Below, one piece after another: positions 31,145 to 40,613 of a DNA stretch of 64,000 nucleotides. A program made the position numbers and the translations under genes. The notes beneath the pieces are model-generated. The model was given only the letters and a program-made list of their open reading frames with translations. It was not told the origin of the DNA and made no database searches. This DNA comes from Candidatus Kapaibacterium sp. (GTDB lineage: Bacteria > Bacteroidota > Ignavibacteria > Kapaibacteriales > UBA2268). Location of the stretch: NCBI GenBank assembly GCA_963664875.1, contig OY761611.1, positions 2,080,001-2,144,000 of the forward strand, given 5' to 3'. Numbering within the stretch: position 1 is the first letter of the stretch; every line of letters begins with the position of its first letter.

Positions 31145-31611
31145 TGGAGAGAGATATGGCAAACGCATATTGGATTCTACCTAAGAATATAACTGAAGAG
31201 TCTGCTGTTATTGAAGTGAGAGCAAAACACATAGATACTGTAATTGATAATCCCAATCTTTTTGGTTTGACCTTGATGAACATCCGAAAGACTTATAAGA
31301 AGTATGACGAAAAAATTCGATTTGAAGGATTTGCAAGAGAAGAAATTGTAAAATCACTGATAATGAAAGGCTACATTCATATTCGCAAAAATTTAAAGAC
31401 TGATTGTTGGAGAATAACATCTACAGATTTCTTCAGCGGTCTAAATGAAGCGGAGCAAACTACACTCAGCAGATTAGCAGATTGGTACCTTGTTGTTTCA
31501 CAAGAGAGGGAGCATCGCCATTCTGATTTCGAAATAATAATAATTGAGGGTAATGGTAGAAGATATGGAAATCAAGAGTTTAGAAATTTGGTTTTAGGGA
31601 AAGTAAATTAA
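31144..31611 (+). CDS. Hypothetical protein (phage/mobile-element type)
   Basis: Coupled to the previous gene; YWI.P..HID.VI.NP..FGL..EG.AREEI...GYI.IR pattern; followed by hairpin 31668-31703. Confidence 0.7.
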   Translation: MERDMANAYWILPKNITEESAVIEVRAKHIDTVIDNPNLFGLTLMNIRKTYKKYDEKIRFEGFAREEIVKSLIMKGYIHIRKNLKTDCWRITSTDFFSGLNEAEQTTLSRLADWYLVVSQEREHRHSDFEIIIIEGNGRRYGNQEFRNLVLGKVN

Positions 31612-31902
31612 ATCAATTTTAGATATATAAAATAGTGATATAGATTGAAATTTCCCCTCAAACAACAACAATCCTGCACTCAAAAAAATGAAGTGCAGGA
31701 TTGTAATTAACCTACTATTTACGAAATTTTATATTTTCTATTTACATGAAAGAAAATATTTGATAATTTGAATCTAATATTTTATATTGCTATTATGTAG
31801 GACTTATTAACATTTTTATGAGAATCGCATATCAGAAAGAAAAATCAGAAAAATAACATATAACAGAAAATTTTAAATAAGAGTAATCTTAGATTCTTTG
31901 GG

Positions 31903-32013
31903 TCAGACAAAAACCGCAAATTTTTAAACAACCCCCAAGGATACTATAAGGACTCCACACGTGTGGATGTCTATATGTATCTATGAGTTGTGCCTTTTGC
32001 GGGGCTTGTCTGA
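31903..32013 (+). promoter_or_regulatory. Long imperfect hairpin in the leader of the membrane-protein cluster
   Basis: Nested pairs tcagacaa/ttgtctga, ccgcaaa/tttgcgg, acaac/gttgt, gatac/gtatc, with a perfect tccacacgtgtgga apex. Confidence 0.6.
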
Positions 32014-32130
32014 GTAGATATGTATAAGGCATCCTTTTTTTTATGGCATATCTGCATCTCCTCAAAGATTAGTTACCTAATATATGAATCCCATTTTAAA
32101 CAAAAATATAAAACTAACGATGAGGCAGAA

Positions 32131-33858
32131 ATGATTCGTATTATTTCTCTATTCCTAATAACCTTAGTACTGCTTCAATCATGTACTACAATTTCTTATA
32201 AACAAGAAGATTGGACATCTGATAAATCAAGAGGACTTCATATTTACGAAAATATCCGTAAAGACGAGTCTTATTCTTTATGGTCATATTTGACATTCAC
32301 AGGAGTACCTTTAGCTGCATTTGCTGGCGGAGGTCAAGCATATTATGATATTGCAACAAAAAATGGAACCCCTGCTGATTCTGCAAGAGATATTAGAAAC
32401 TTAATATGGGCAGCAGGTTTATTTGCAGCAGGGTCTGGGGTTTATTACCTAATAAAACAAGATTCCACACTTCCAAAAGGTCAATCAATTTATGGAGCTT
32501 CTGCTATTGAAGAGTGGTTCGTAAGCGAATTTGATACAGATGATTATATCCTTCTTGGATTTAGTGGAAGTACAGCTTACGTATTAGAGGCAGACAAGGA
32601 AAACACATTTGGAGCAAGAAGTAATAGTGAACTTAAAAGTATTTACTCAGCTATGAAAAATTATGTAGTTGATAAAAACATTTTAAGTAAGATTGCAAAA
32701 AATTCGGTAAAAACAATTCCTAAATCTGAACACTTTGTGGCTTATTATACTCTTGATAAAAAGTATCCGATATTCTTGACTGATTGTATTGATGAGATTT
32801 ATGAAATAAAAGATTTGTATATCTATGCAAGTGAAATTGAAGTCTTAAAAGATGATAAGGTAAAGAGCGAACTCCGAAGTAAAACAGCTAAAAGAATATT
32901 TGACAGAATACAAGAATCCTATTCAAACGAAATAGCATACTATGATGAATGGCTTAATTTTTACTCAAAATATGAGGATGGAGAAATCTTAACACTTAAA
33001 GGTGAAATGGTAAAAAAATACCAAGACATTGTACTCTCAAAATATGAAGTATTAGCTAAACTACTAAAGGAATTAGAAGAAGAGCAAGATCTTGAGGTAA
33101 AAAAAATAAAAACAACTCTCACTTCCTATAAAAATGATATTGATTTAGAATTAAAAAAGATATTAGTAAAAATGGATAACTTTATAAAACATGCTCAGAG
33201 TAAAGATTCGGGTAAACAACTCACATTAGAAATTCAGGAATTTGAAGAAAATCTTACAAGAAAACTAAAATCTTCAGAAGAGTTGAAAGCAAATATTTCA
33301 GATGTATCTGATAAAATGGTGTATTTCGATTTTAATAAAGAGAATATTAATTATACTGTATTAGAATTGTTGAATTCGAAGAAAGAAGATATAGAAAACA
33401 CATTATTGAAGATAAAAACAAAAACCAATAAAGCGAAACAAGAAGTAGAAGTAGAGACACAAGTTTTTAAGGTTTTTGTTTCAGAGATTCATGACAAACT
33501 AAACACTAAAGAGGAAGAACTAAAACATGAAGGAGAACTGCAACGAGAAAGACTTAAAGAACAGCGGAGAAAAGAGCAAAAAGCCTTGATTGCAAAATTA
33601 GAACAAGGTGACTGTATTCAATTTGGGACTTTTACAGATGGTTTTAAAATGACAGCATTTTTCTCCACTGCTGAAGTTATGGAAGAGTTGGCTTCTGATG
33701 AAGAAAATGAAAATGTTTATAATTGGCATAGTGTTCAATTTATAAGACTAAAAGGTAATATGATGACTGTTAGGTTTATGAGGAATATGCTGGGTTATGA
33801 AGCAGGACAAGAGATATTCTTGAATATAAACAATTCAAAACTGAGAAGTTGTCGTTAG
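32131..33858 (+). CDS. Lipoprotein with TM hairpin and long coiled coil
   Basis: LLQSC lipobox from ATG 32131; E/K/L heptad-rich C-terminal half. Confidence 0.75.
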   Translation: MIRIISLFLITLVLLQSCTTISYKQEDWTSDKSRGLHIYENIRKDESYSLWSYLTFTGVPLAAFAGGGQAYYDIATKNGTPADSARDIRNLIWAAGLFAAGSGVYYLIKQDSTLPKGQSIYGASAIEEWFVSEFDTDDYILLGFSGSTAYVLEADKENTFGARSNSELKSIYSAMKNYVVDKNILSKIAKNSVKTIPKSEHFVAYYTLDKKYPIFLTDCIDEIYEIKDLYIYASEIEVLKDDKVKSELRSKTAKRIFDRIQESYSNEIAYYDEWLNFYSKYEDGEILTLKGEMVKKYQDIVLSKYEVLAKLLKELEEEQDLEVKKIKTTLTSYKNDIDLELKKILVKMDNFIKHAQSKDSGKQLTLEIQEFEENLTRKLKSSEELKANISDVSDKMVYFDFNKENINYTVLELLNSKKEDIENTLLKIKTKTNKAKQEVEVETQVFKVFVSEIHDKLNTKEEELKHEGELQRERLKEQRRKEQKALIAKLEQGDCIQFGTFTDGFKMTAFFSTAEVMEELASDEENENVYNWHSVQFIRLKGNMMTVRFMRNMLGYEAGQEIFLNINNSKLRSCR

Positions 33859-33915
33859 ATATTTATTATTTATTATAAATACAACTATAGTTCAACTAAC
33901 TTAAGGAAAACAAAC

Positions 33916-34113
33916 ATGACACAAAATTCAACAGTTTCAGTAGGGCAATGGATTGGTAAGCTTATTTTGGCATCAATTCCAATCATTGGTCTAATTATGC
34001 TAATCGTTTGGGTGGCAGGAGACAGCACTCCCAAAGTTATTGCAAACTGGGCAAAAGCACTATTAGCATTCCAAGCAATAGCATTCTTTTTAGTTATTTT
34101 AAGCATGATGTAA
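33916..34113 (+). CDS. Small membrane protein (paralog A)
   Basis: SVGQW..IPIIGLIMLIVW..ANWAKA. Confidence 0.75.
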   Translation: MTQNSTVSVGQWIGKLILASIPIIGLIMLIVWVAGDSTPKVIANWAKALLAFQAIAFFLVILSMM

Positions 34114-34128
34114 CGAGGAGTAATTCAA

Positions 34129-34425
34129 ATGGAAAACACAGCACTAAACAACTTTGATGTTGCATCTAATCAAAATGAAATGTCTTTCGGGCAGTGGTTT
34201 GTAACATATCTAATTACAGCAATTCCTATAGTCGGATTTATAATGCTATTTGTTTGGGCATTTGGATCTGATACCAACCCGAATAAAGCAAATTGGGCAA
34301 AAGCATCCTTGATACTAATCGGTATAGCTATTGTCTTGGGAATAATACTTTTTGCAGTAATGGGACTTGCAATCGGAGGCTTAGTAATGTCAATTTTAGG
34401 TGATATGCCTGCAGAAGGCATATAA
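34129..34425 (+). CDS. Small membrane protein (paralog B)
   Basis: SFGQW..IPIVGFIMLFVWAFG..ANWAKA; GAGGAG SD. Confidence 0.8.
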   Translation: MENTALNNFDVASNQNEMSFGQWFVTYLITAIPIVGFIMLFVWAFGSDTNPNKANWAKASLILIGIAIVLGIILFAVMGLAIGGLVMSILGDMPAEGI

Positions 34426-34558
34426 ATTAGGAAGAAAATCTTAGAACTTTATTCAGGCAGGTTGCAATTCTTTATACACCTGCCTGAAAAAATGATGATA
34501 TTTTACACTTTATAGATAACAATCCTTGAATATCAAGGAAATACTATTAAGGAAATGT

Positions 34559-36229
34559 ATGAGTAACACAATATACCAAGAAACAACTTCAGAATGGATT
34601 TTAGTTAGATTCTATATGGCTCTTATGTTTTTACTTGAATTGTTCGGAGATCCTGATAAACCTGAATTGCTTGGAAGATTTAAAGTAGAGTGCGAAAATT
34701 GGAAGACAGCACTTGGCGAAGAAAGCTACAAAAAGCTAAAAATCGAAATTGAAAAAATTGAGATGCGAATTGAAACCGGGAAAATTAAGAACAGAGCCCA
34801 ATTGATGTATTGGGAACATCAACTTTGGATAAAACTAAAAAGTAATTATAACAACCGTTCTTTACCGAATATTGACAGACTAAGTTATGATGACTTCTTG
34901 ACATTTAATCAGTTTAAAGATTACCATATAACTTATAAACAGGTGATATCGAAAAATTACTCAGCTCCGCTTTACAAAAGATTTTTAGAGTTCAAAGAAA
35001 ATCTAAGTTGGTCAAAAATATTTATTCAAGTCGGAGTTTACTTCATTAGTTTGATAGCTATTTCATACCTTAACTCTGAAGTGCTGGGAATAGATTTCGC
35101 AAATGACGAGCCGACTGCCTTAAGTGGTCAGGCAGGGCTTATGCAATTATTTCTTCCGTTTCTTATTGCAAAATTTGTAGGAAAAAGATATAAGTTTTCT
35201 AAATATAAGGCATGGTTTAAAAAATATTATGATGAAAATGACTCGGATCATCACGGTATATTAAATCAACTAAGTGATGAAGAAAAGAAAGAGATGTACT
35301 TATATATGAAATCTGACACTACTGAGAATTCTGATTCTGATAGAGTCAACTTCGCAAGGAAAGAAGAGATAGAAGAGACACAGACAGAAATAGAAACACA
35401 ACCAAAAAAAATGGATGCTGATTTTCAAGATTTGAAAAAATCTATATCTGAAGAAAAGTACAAAATAAATGATAGTGAAACCAAGGAGGATAGGTTAATA
35501 GTTCACAAGACTGATAAGCAGCTCAGAGAAAAAATTATAGAAGAGGTATTTGGATTTCAAGAAGAGCCGGTAGAATTTCTATCTTTCTACAGCAATTCGG
35601 ATAGATATATATATGTTTTTATGCTTGTTCCACCAATAATAGCTGCTTCCGTGTTATTTGTTAGAAATATACTTAATGGTGATTCAAATATATTGATGAA
35701 TATCTTAATTTTCATTGCGATGCTATTAGCATTTTACGTCGCTTGGTTTCTATTCTTGGTAGCAATGCCATACATTATAGTGGTGATATTTGGGATATTA
35801 TATCTTGCAACTTCTTTGGTAGTTTGGATATTGGATTTGATAATCTCACCTTTTTTACCAAAAGAAAAGAAGAATATCCTGAGAAAAGTTTTTGATAAGT
35901 ATTTCAAAGACAATAAGAAAGCAGAAAAAGTAAAACTCACTCCTAAACAAAAAGAAAAACTGCTTGTCCGAGTAGATAAAAAGGGACTGCAATATAAAAA
36001 TCGCTTTTATGCTTGGAAAGACATAGAGTTGCCTGAATCATTCAGGAAGCTTGTTTTAGAGGTTATGTTCAAAGAACTTGACTCAAATCTTGACTCTAAC
36101 ACATTTAATCTAAATTTTAATTACAAAGGTAAGAAAACAAACTTGCACGTAACTCATGTTGGAGATTCCTATATGATATACGGAGCAGTATGGTATTTCT
36201 ATAATTTAAGAGAAGAACAGGCTCAATAA
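34559..36229 (+). CDS. Multi-pass membrane protein of unknown function
   Basis: Two hydrophobic clusters separated by an acidic linker. Confidence 0.7.
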   Translation: MSNTIYQETTSEWILVRFYMALMFLLELFGDPDKPELLGRFKVECENWKTALGEESYKKLKIEIEKIEMRIETGKIKNRAQLMYWEHQLWIKLKSNYNNRSLPNIDRLSYDDFLTFNQFKDYHITYKQVISKNYSAPLYKRFLEFKENLSWSKIFIQVGVYFISLIAISYLNSEVLGIDFANDEPTALSGQAGLMQLFLPFLIAKFVGKRYKFSKYKAWFKKYYDENDSDHHGILNQLSDEEKKEMYLYMKSDTTENSDSDRVNFARKEEIEETQTEIETQPKKMDADFQDLKKSISEEKYKINDSETKEDRLIVHKTDKQLREKIIEEVFGFQEEPVEFLSFYSNSDRYIYVFMLVPPIIAASVLFVRNILNGDSNILMNILIFIAMLLAFYVAWFLFLVAMPYIIVVIFGILYLATSLVVWILDLIISPFLPKEKKNILRKVFDKYFKDNKKAEKVKLTPKQKEKLLVRVDKKGLQYKNRFYAWKDIELPESFRKLVLEVMFKELDSNLDSNTFNLNFNYKGKKTNLHVTHVGDSYMIYGAVWYFYNLREEQAQ

Positions 36230-36270
36230 GCTCAATTTGATATTGATTCATTATTGAAAGGATATACATT

Positions 36271-37119
36271 ATGTTTTGTAAAGAATGTGGTAAAGAAATA
36301 CAGAAAGGAGCAAACTTTTGTAACAAATGCGGAATTAAGGTAATAGCTTTAGATGGTGAGGAGTCGGTTGTTTTACAAAATACAAAAGGCTCAAATGAGT
36401 CAAAAATAATCTTTCCCAAAAGAGTTGTATTCTTTGCTTTTCTTCCGGGGGCATTATTAATTCTATCAATGGGAATTGTATTTAATTGGGGAACTATCCA
36501 AACTTGGGTTTCGGCAAAAGAAATCCGCATTTTTAATCAAACATGGATGACTCGCAATTTAGATGTGATATCTTATAAGAATGGAGACTTAATCCCCCAA
36601 TGTAAAAACAGTTATGAATTGGAAAATGCTTCTCGAAACAAAATTGGAGCATGGTGTTATTATAACTTTGATGAAAGTCGAGGAGCAAAATTTGGGAAAC
36701 TTTACAATTGGTATGCAGTCTCTGATGATCGTGGAATCGCACCAGTTGGATATCGTATTCCTACAGATGAAGATTGGCAAACATTAGAATCATTGCTTGG
36801 ACTGTCAGAACATCAACTTGAGTCATTCGATAGGAATAATAAATCTATTGGTATAAAACTCATTGGGTTTGAAAGTTTATGGAACTATACTGAAAAGATG
36901 GAAGAAATCGGTGAAAGTGGTTTTTTAGCAATTCCAAGTGGCAAATATGAAGACGGATTCTCAGGTTTATGTGTTGTCAGTACTTGGTGGACAGCTACTG
37001 AACTTTCAGATACTAATGCAATTTCAAGATCTCTTAAAGTTGAATACTCCTCAGATGAACTTCTTCGAGAAAGCAGTAACAAGGAGAACTTTTATTCTAT
37101 TAGGTTGATTAAAGATTAA
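36271..37119 (+). CDS. Zinc-ribbon + TM + Fibrobacter succinogenes major paralogous (FISUMP) domain protein
   Basis: MFCKECG..FCNKCG; QTWMTRNL, GKLYNWYAV, G.RIPTDEDW and YSIRLIKD. Confidence 0.85.
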   Translation: MFCKECGKEIQKGANFCNKCGIKVIALDGEESVVLQNTKGSNESKIIFPKRVVFFAFLPGALLILSMGIVFNWGTIQTWVSAKEIRIFNQTWMTRNLDVISYKNGDLIPQCKNSYELENASRNKIGAWCYYNFDESRGAKFGKLYNWYAVSDDRGIAPVGYRIPTDEDWQTLESLLGLSEHQLESFDRNNKSIGIKLIGFESLWNYTEKMEEIGESGFLAIPSGKYEDGFSGLCVVSTWWTATELSDTNAISRSLKVEYSSDELLRESSNKENFYSIRLIKD

Positions 37120-37147
37120 CCAACAAACCATAGGAATCGTTCAATAA

Positions 37148-38230
37148 ATGGAGTATAATATGCGAAATTGTTCTGCTTGTAATTTACCGATTGCAGAAAA
37201 TGCCAATTTCTGTAATAATTGTGGAGAGAAAGTTAACCACTTGAAAATTTGTTCAAATTGCAGAGCCGAAAATCATCAAGATTCAAAGTTTTGCTCGAAT
37301 TGTGGAAATAAAATAGGAAGTGACACCAATAATTTGCCAAATCGTAAAGCTGTGGAAGGAGAAGTATTTATACATAAATCCAATGCTACTGTTATTGATA
37401 AACAAAAGTCGGTAGCAACTGAGGATGACAGTAAAATAGACACAGAATCAAATCAATCAGCTCCAACTAAAGAGACTAATAGAACGACTTGGTTCTACAG
37501 AAAAAATGGGCAAGTCTATGGTGCATATGACTTTGAGAAAATATTAAAACTTACTTTAGATAATACTATTTCATCTGATACAGAAGTAAGTTCAGACAAT
37601 CAGGAGAATTGGCAGGAAGCTAAGATAATTGTAAATCAAAATGCACAGAGATTGAATCAAGATTTACCAAAAGTTTGGTTCTATAGCAGAAATGGGGACA
37701 GAGAAGGTCCTTTTACAGAATTTGAAATGAGATTAGCAATTGAAAAAGAACATATTAGTTACGGAGATGCTGTTTATAAAGAGGGCAGACATAACTGGGT
37801 TGCTGTTGAAGATACAGAGCTGAAGAAATACATTCACACTCCACCTCCTGTGTTAGGAGAAAATGCCCCGAATGGTTCAATTTGGTGGGTTGCATTTTCT
37901 CCATTAATTAGTAGTCTTGTACTTCTTCTAATTATGAGTTTCAGTTGGGAGCAATATATACAAACCAACGTCCAAGCTTATGCTGATTTATATCACTTTT
38001 TAAGCAATTGGGGGGGTGTCGTTTATATCATGTTTAATCTGATATTTATCGGGATTGATTCTTCTAAACTTAAAAATTTAGGTCATGATACTGAACAATT
38101 TGGGTCAATATTTTGGATTCCTGTTTACATTTGGAAAAGGAATAAAATTCTACAAAAGACTCAAGCAAGTTTTTGGATATGGATGATCCTAACTTTTTTT
38201 GATGTTTTGATTGGACCTGCATTGATGTAA
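37148..38230 (+). CDS. Double zinc-ribbon + two GYF_2 (DUF4339) domains + TM protein
   Basis: Four CxxC pairs; WFYRKNGQVYG and WFYSRNGDREGPF..W; PPP followed by TM helices. Confidence 0.85.
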   Translation: MEYNMRNCSACNLPIAENANFCNNCGEKVNHLKICSNCRAENHQDSKFCSNCGNKIGSDTNNLPNRKAVEGEVFIHKSNATVIDKQKSVATEDDSKIDTESNQSAPTKETNRTTWFYRKNGQVYGAYDFEKILKLTLDNTISSDTEVSSDNQENWQEAKIIVNQNAQRLNQDLPKVWFYSRNGDREGPFTEFEMRLAIEKEHISYGDAVYKEGRHNWVAVEDTELKKYIHTPPPVLGENAPNGSIWWVAFSPLISSLVLLLIMSFSWEQYIQTNVQAYADLYHFLSNWGGVVYIMFNLIFIGIDSSKLKNLGHDTEQFGSIFWIPVYIWKRNKILQKTQASFWIWMILTFFDVLIGPALM

Positions 38231-38280
38231 GAAATATGATTTAATAATATTAAAATAAAAACAAAAAAGGAAATAACACT

Positions 38281-38766
38281 ATGTCAAATTTTATCACAGA
38301 TTTTATAAACTCAATCAGAAAAAAAATTGTTTGGGTAGGGTTTAGTTTTGTTGATTGGGCAGAAGATCTTGATACTGCCGAAAAGTTAGCTAAATTTATA
38401 GAAACTCAAATTAAAGATAAAGAAGATGACTATAAGTTCTTTACCAGTAATGATGAAGAACGGAAAGTTCTACTTGCAAAAATTGTAGAAGATGCTTTAG
38501 AAGAAGGTAGAAAAGAAGCCGAAGAAGAGCTACAAAAAGAAGTTGTATTTAGCACAAGTGAGTATGAGCACTTGTTTGAAGAGGCAATGCAAAAAGCCAA
38601 AGAAGATCTTGTAGAATTTGAAGAGAAATTTGTAGAAGCAGAAGCAAAAGAATTTATCGAAGTTTTGAAGCTTGTTCTTCAAGAAGTCAAAGACGGCAAA
38701 CATGGAGATGATTTGGTTTCTGCTATGAAAAGAGTTGAAGAGCTCACAAGCTATGAAGCATTTTAA
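38281..38766 (+). CDS. Acidic helical hypothetical protein
   Basis: Clean ORF with SD; E-rich. Confidence 0.7.
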   Translation: MSNFITDFINSIRKKIVWVGFSFVDWAEDLDTAEKLAKFIETQIKDKEDDYKFFTSNDEERKVLLAKIVEDALEEGRKEAEEELQKEVVFSTSEYEHLFEEAMQKAKEDLVEFEEKFVEAEAKEFIEVLKLVLQEVKDGKHGDDLVSAMKRVEELTSYEAF

Positions 38767-38797
38767 ATTGGATAATTCTCAATACATTACATATTAA

Positions 38798-39871
38798 ATG
38801 TTTATGTTAAAATCTAAGCATGGTTCAAAGAAAATTGAAAAGCTCATAGATTGGGCTTATGAAAAATCTTTTGAAGGACTGCCTGGCACATATTCTGCAA
38901 TAGAGCTTGCTGATTCGGTTTATAATCCAAATGATAGTTTACTTTCTATGGCAAACAAAATCATCAGGAAAGAAACCTCAAAAGCTTCTATTTCAGGATT
39001 TATAACAGGCTTAGGCGGTCTTTTAACTATGTCTTTTATGATTCCTGCATCTTTAGTTGGCGTTACATTCCTACAGATGCGAATGGTAGCTGCAATTGCA
39101 CATTTAGCAGGGTTTGATTTGAAAGATAAAAAAGTAAAGACATTTGTTCTTTTAAGTTGGACAGTTGGTAAAACGGCAGATTTACTTAAAAATGTAGGTG
39201 CCAAATTTGCATCCCACACAGCAGGCGAATTGTTAGTGAAAGGTTTAAGTGAGGAAGCAATCAAGATAATCAATGAAACTGCTCTGAAGTCAATAGTACA
39301 GCGTTTATCAGTCAAAGGAGCAGAAGAAGTTACTTATAGTATTCCTCTCTTAGCAAGCATTGTAGGAGCATCCTTTGACGGAATCTCAACACTGATGATT
39401 GGGAACCGTGCTAAACAAATCTTTATAGTAAGAACCTCAAAAGAAGAAGACAATAATCGACTTGAAGAACATCTTAAGTTAGAGTACAACAAAATTGCTT
39501 TGTATATCAACTTGATAAAAATTGATGGAAAACTTCAAAGGCAAGAAATTAAAGTAATAGAAAAACTAATTGTTGAATCTGACTTGCCTAAAGTAGATAA
39601 ACGTACATTTGGTGAATCTCTGTGGGATTGTAAGCTAATACAAGTCGATTTTGCTTTGTTGAATAACCATCCTTTTGAAAAGCACAACATTCTATACACT
39701 TTGTTGGATTTAGCGAAAGTTGATGGAGAAATTGCTGAGCGTGAATTGAATTATGTCAGATTGATAGCCAAAAAACTGAATGTAAGCGAAAGAGCATTTG
39801 GGAATATTTTTAATACTGAATTTAGAAGCATTGTTACCGACAACGCCTCGAAATTTGATGTGTTGAAGTAA
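38798..39871 (+). CDS. EcsC-family protein fused to a TerB-like domain
   Basis: GFITGLGG..PA..Q.RM.AAIAH..G.D (EcsC); IDG..E and LAKVDGEIAERE..IAKKL (TerB). Confidence 0.8.
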   Translation: MFMLKSKHGSKKIEKLIDWAYEKSFEGLPGTYSAIELADSVYNPNDSLLSMANKIIRKETSKASISGFITGLGGLLTMSFMIPASLVGVTFLQMRMVAAIAHLAGFDLKDKKVKTFVLLSWTVGKTADLLKNVGAKFASHTAGELLVKGLSEEAIKIINETALKSIVQRLSVKGAEEVTYSIPLLASIVGASFDGISTLMIGNRAKQIFIVRTSKEEDNNRLEEHLKLEYNKIALYINLIKIDGKLQRQEIKVIEKLIVESDLPKVDKRTFGESLWDCKLIQVDFALLNNHPFEKHNILYTLLDLAKVDGEIAERELNYVRLIAKKLNVSERAFGNIFNTEFRSIVTDNASKFDVLK

Positions 39872-40613
39872 TTATAAATTTGACGATTCCATTTGTACCT
39901 CAATCTTCGTTATATTAAGCTCCCCCCCCCCCAAATGTGTAGAAGAGAGAGATTTTTTTGTTTTATTCTTTATAAGCTTAATATGCTTCATCACTGATAA
40001 TATTAAATATTTATATAACTAATCAGCGAGGAAACAGTTTTGTATATAATATTGTAAATGATTTATATTTCTAATATTTAAAGCATTTTTATTGTTTATC
40101 TGTAAATCTCAAAGATGAAAAAGAATGCTACAAGTTAGCATTTTAACTTGAACTACAAACTCTTGATTGAAATAAAGTCAAAAAGAAGAATGAGTGGTAT
40201 AAAATATGAAGTATTTAAGATAGAAGGTTAAGAGATAAAGAAGCAGACATAACAATATAAATAATAGCAAATAAGCCACATAAATCTATTCTGTTAGGTT
40301 TTTATTGAAGAGCAGGATGTTTTAGTTGATAAACATGAAAAGCTCTTAAAATAGCTATTATGGCGAAATATTAGCTTTAAAGATTTAAGTTTAAGAAAAA
40401 ACGACTCTAAATTAGCTTTCCCTTCCAATAATATTTCCAAGAAGCACCAAAAATTGTAAATTTATGCAGCCAACCTGTTTTAAAAACATACCTATACAAT
40501 TTTTTCAAGTTAATTATCAACTTAACTGAAATTTTATTTTTGTAATTGCTGTGTATTTTATATATTCACATTATAAGTTAATGATATTCTCTTTATCTAT
40601 TTGCGGAGGCTTT

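Noticed and set aside
39922-39932. C11 homopolymer as a phase-variation switch
   Set aside because: About 680 bp from the next start codon and not in a recognisable promoter or ORF
40090-40500. Possible decayed gene in the intergenic gap
   Set aside because: Looks coding-like but no family motif could be recovered by eye
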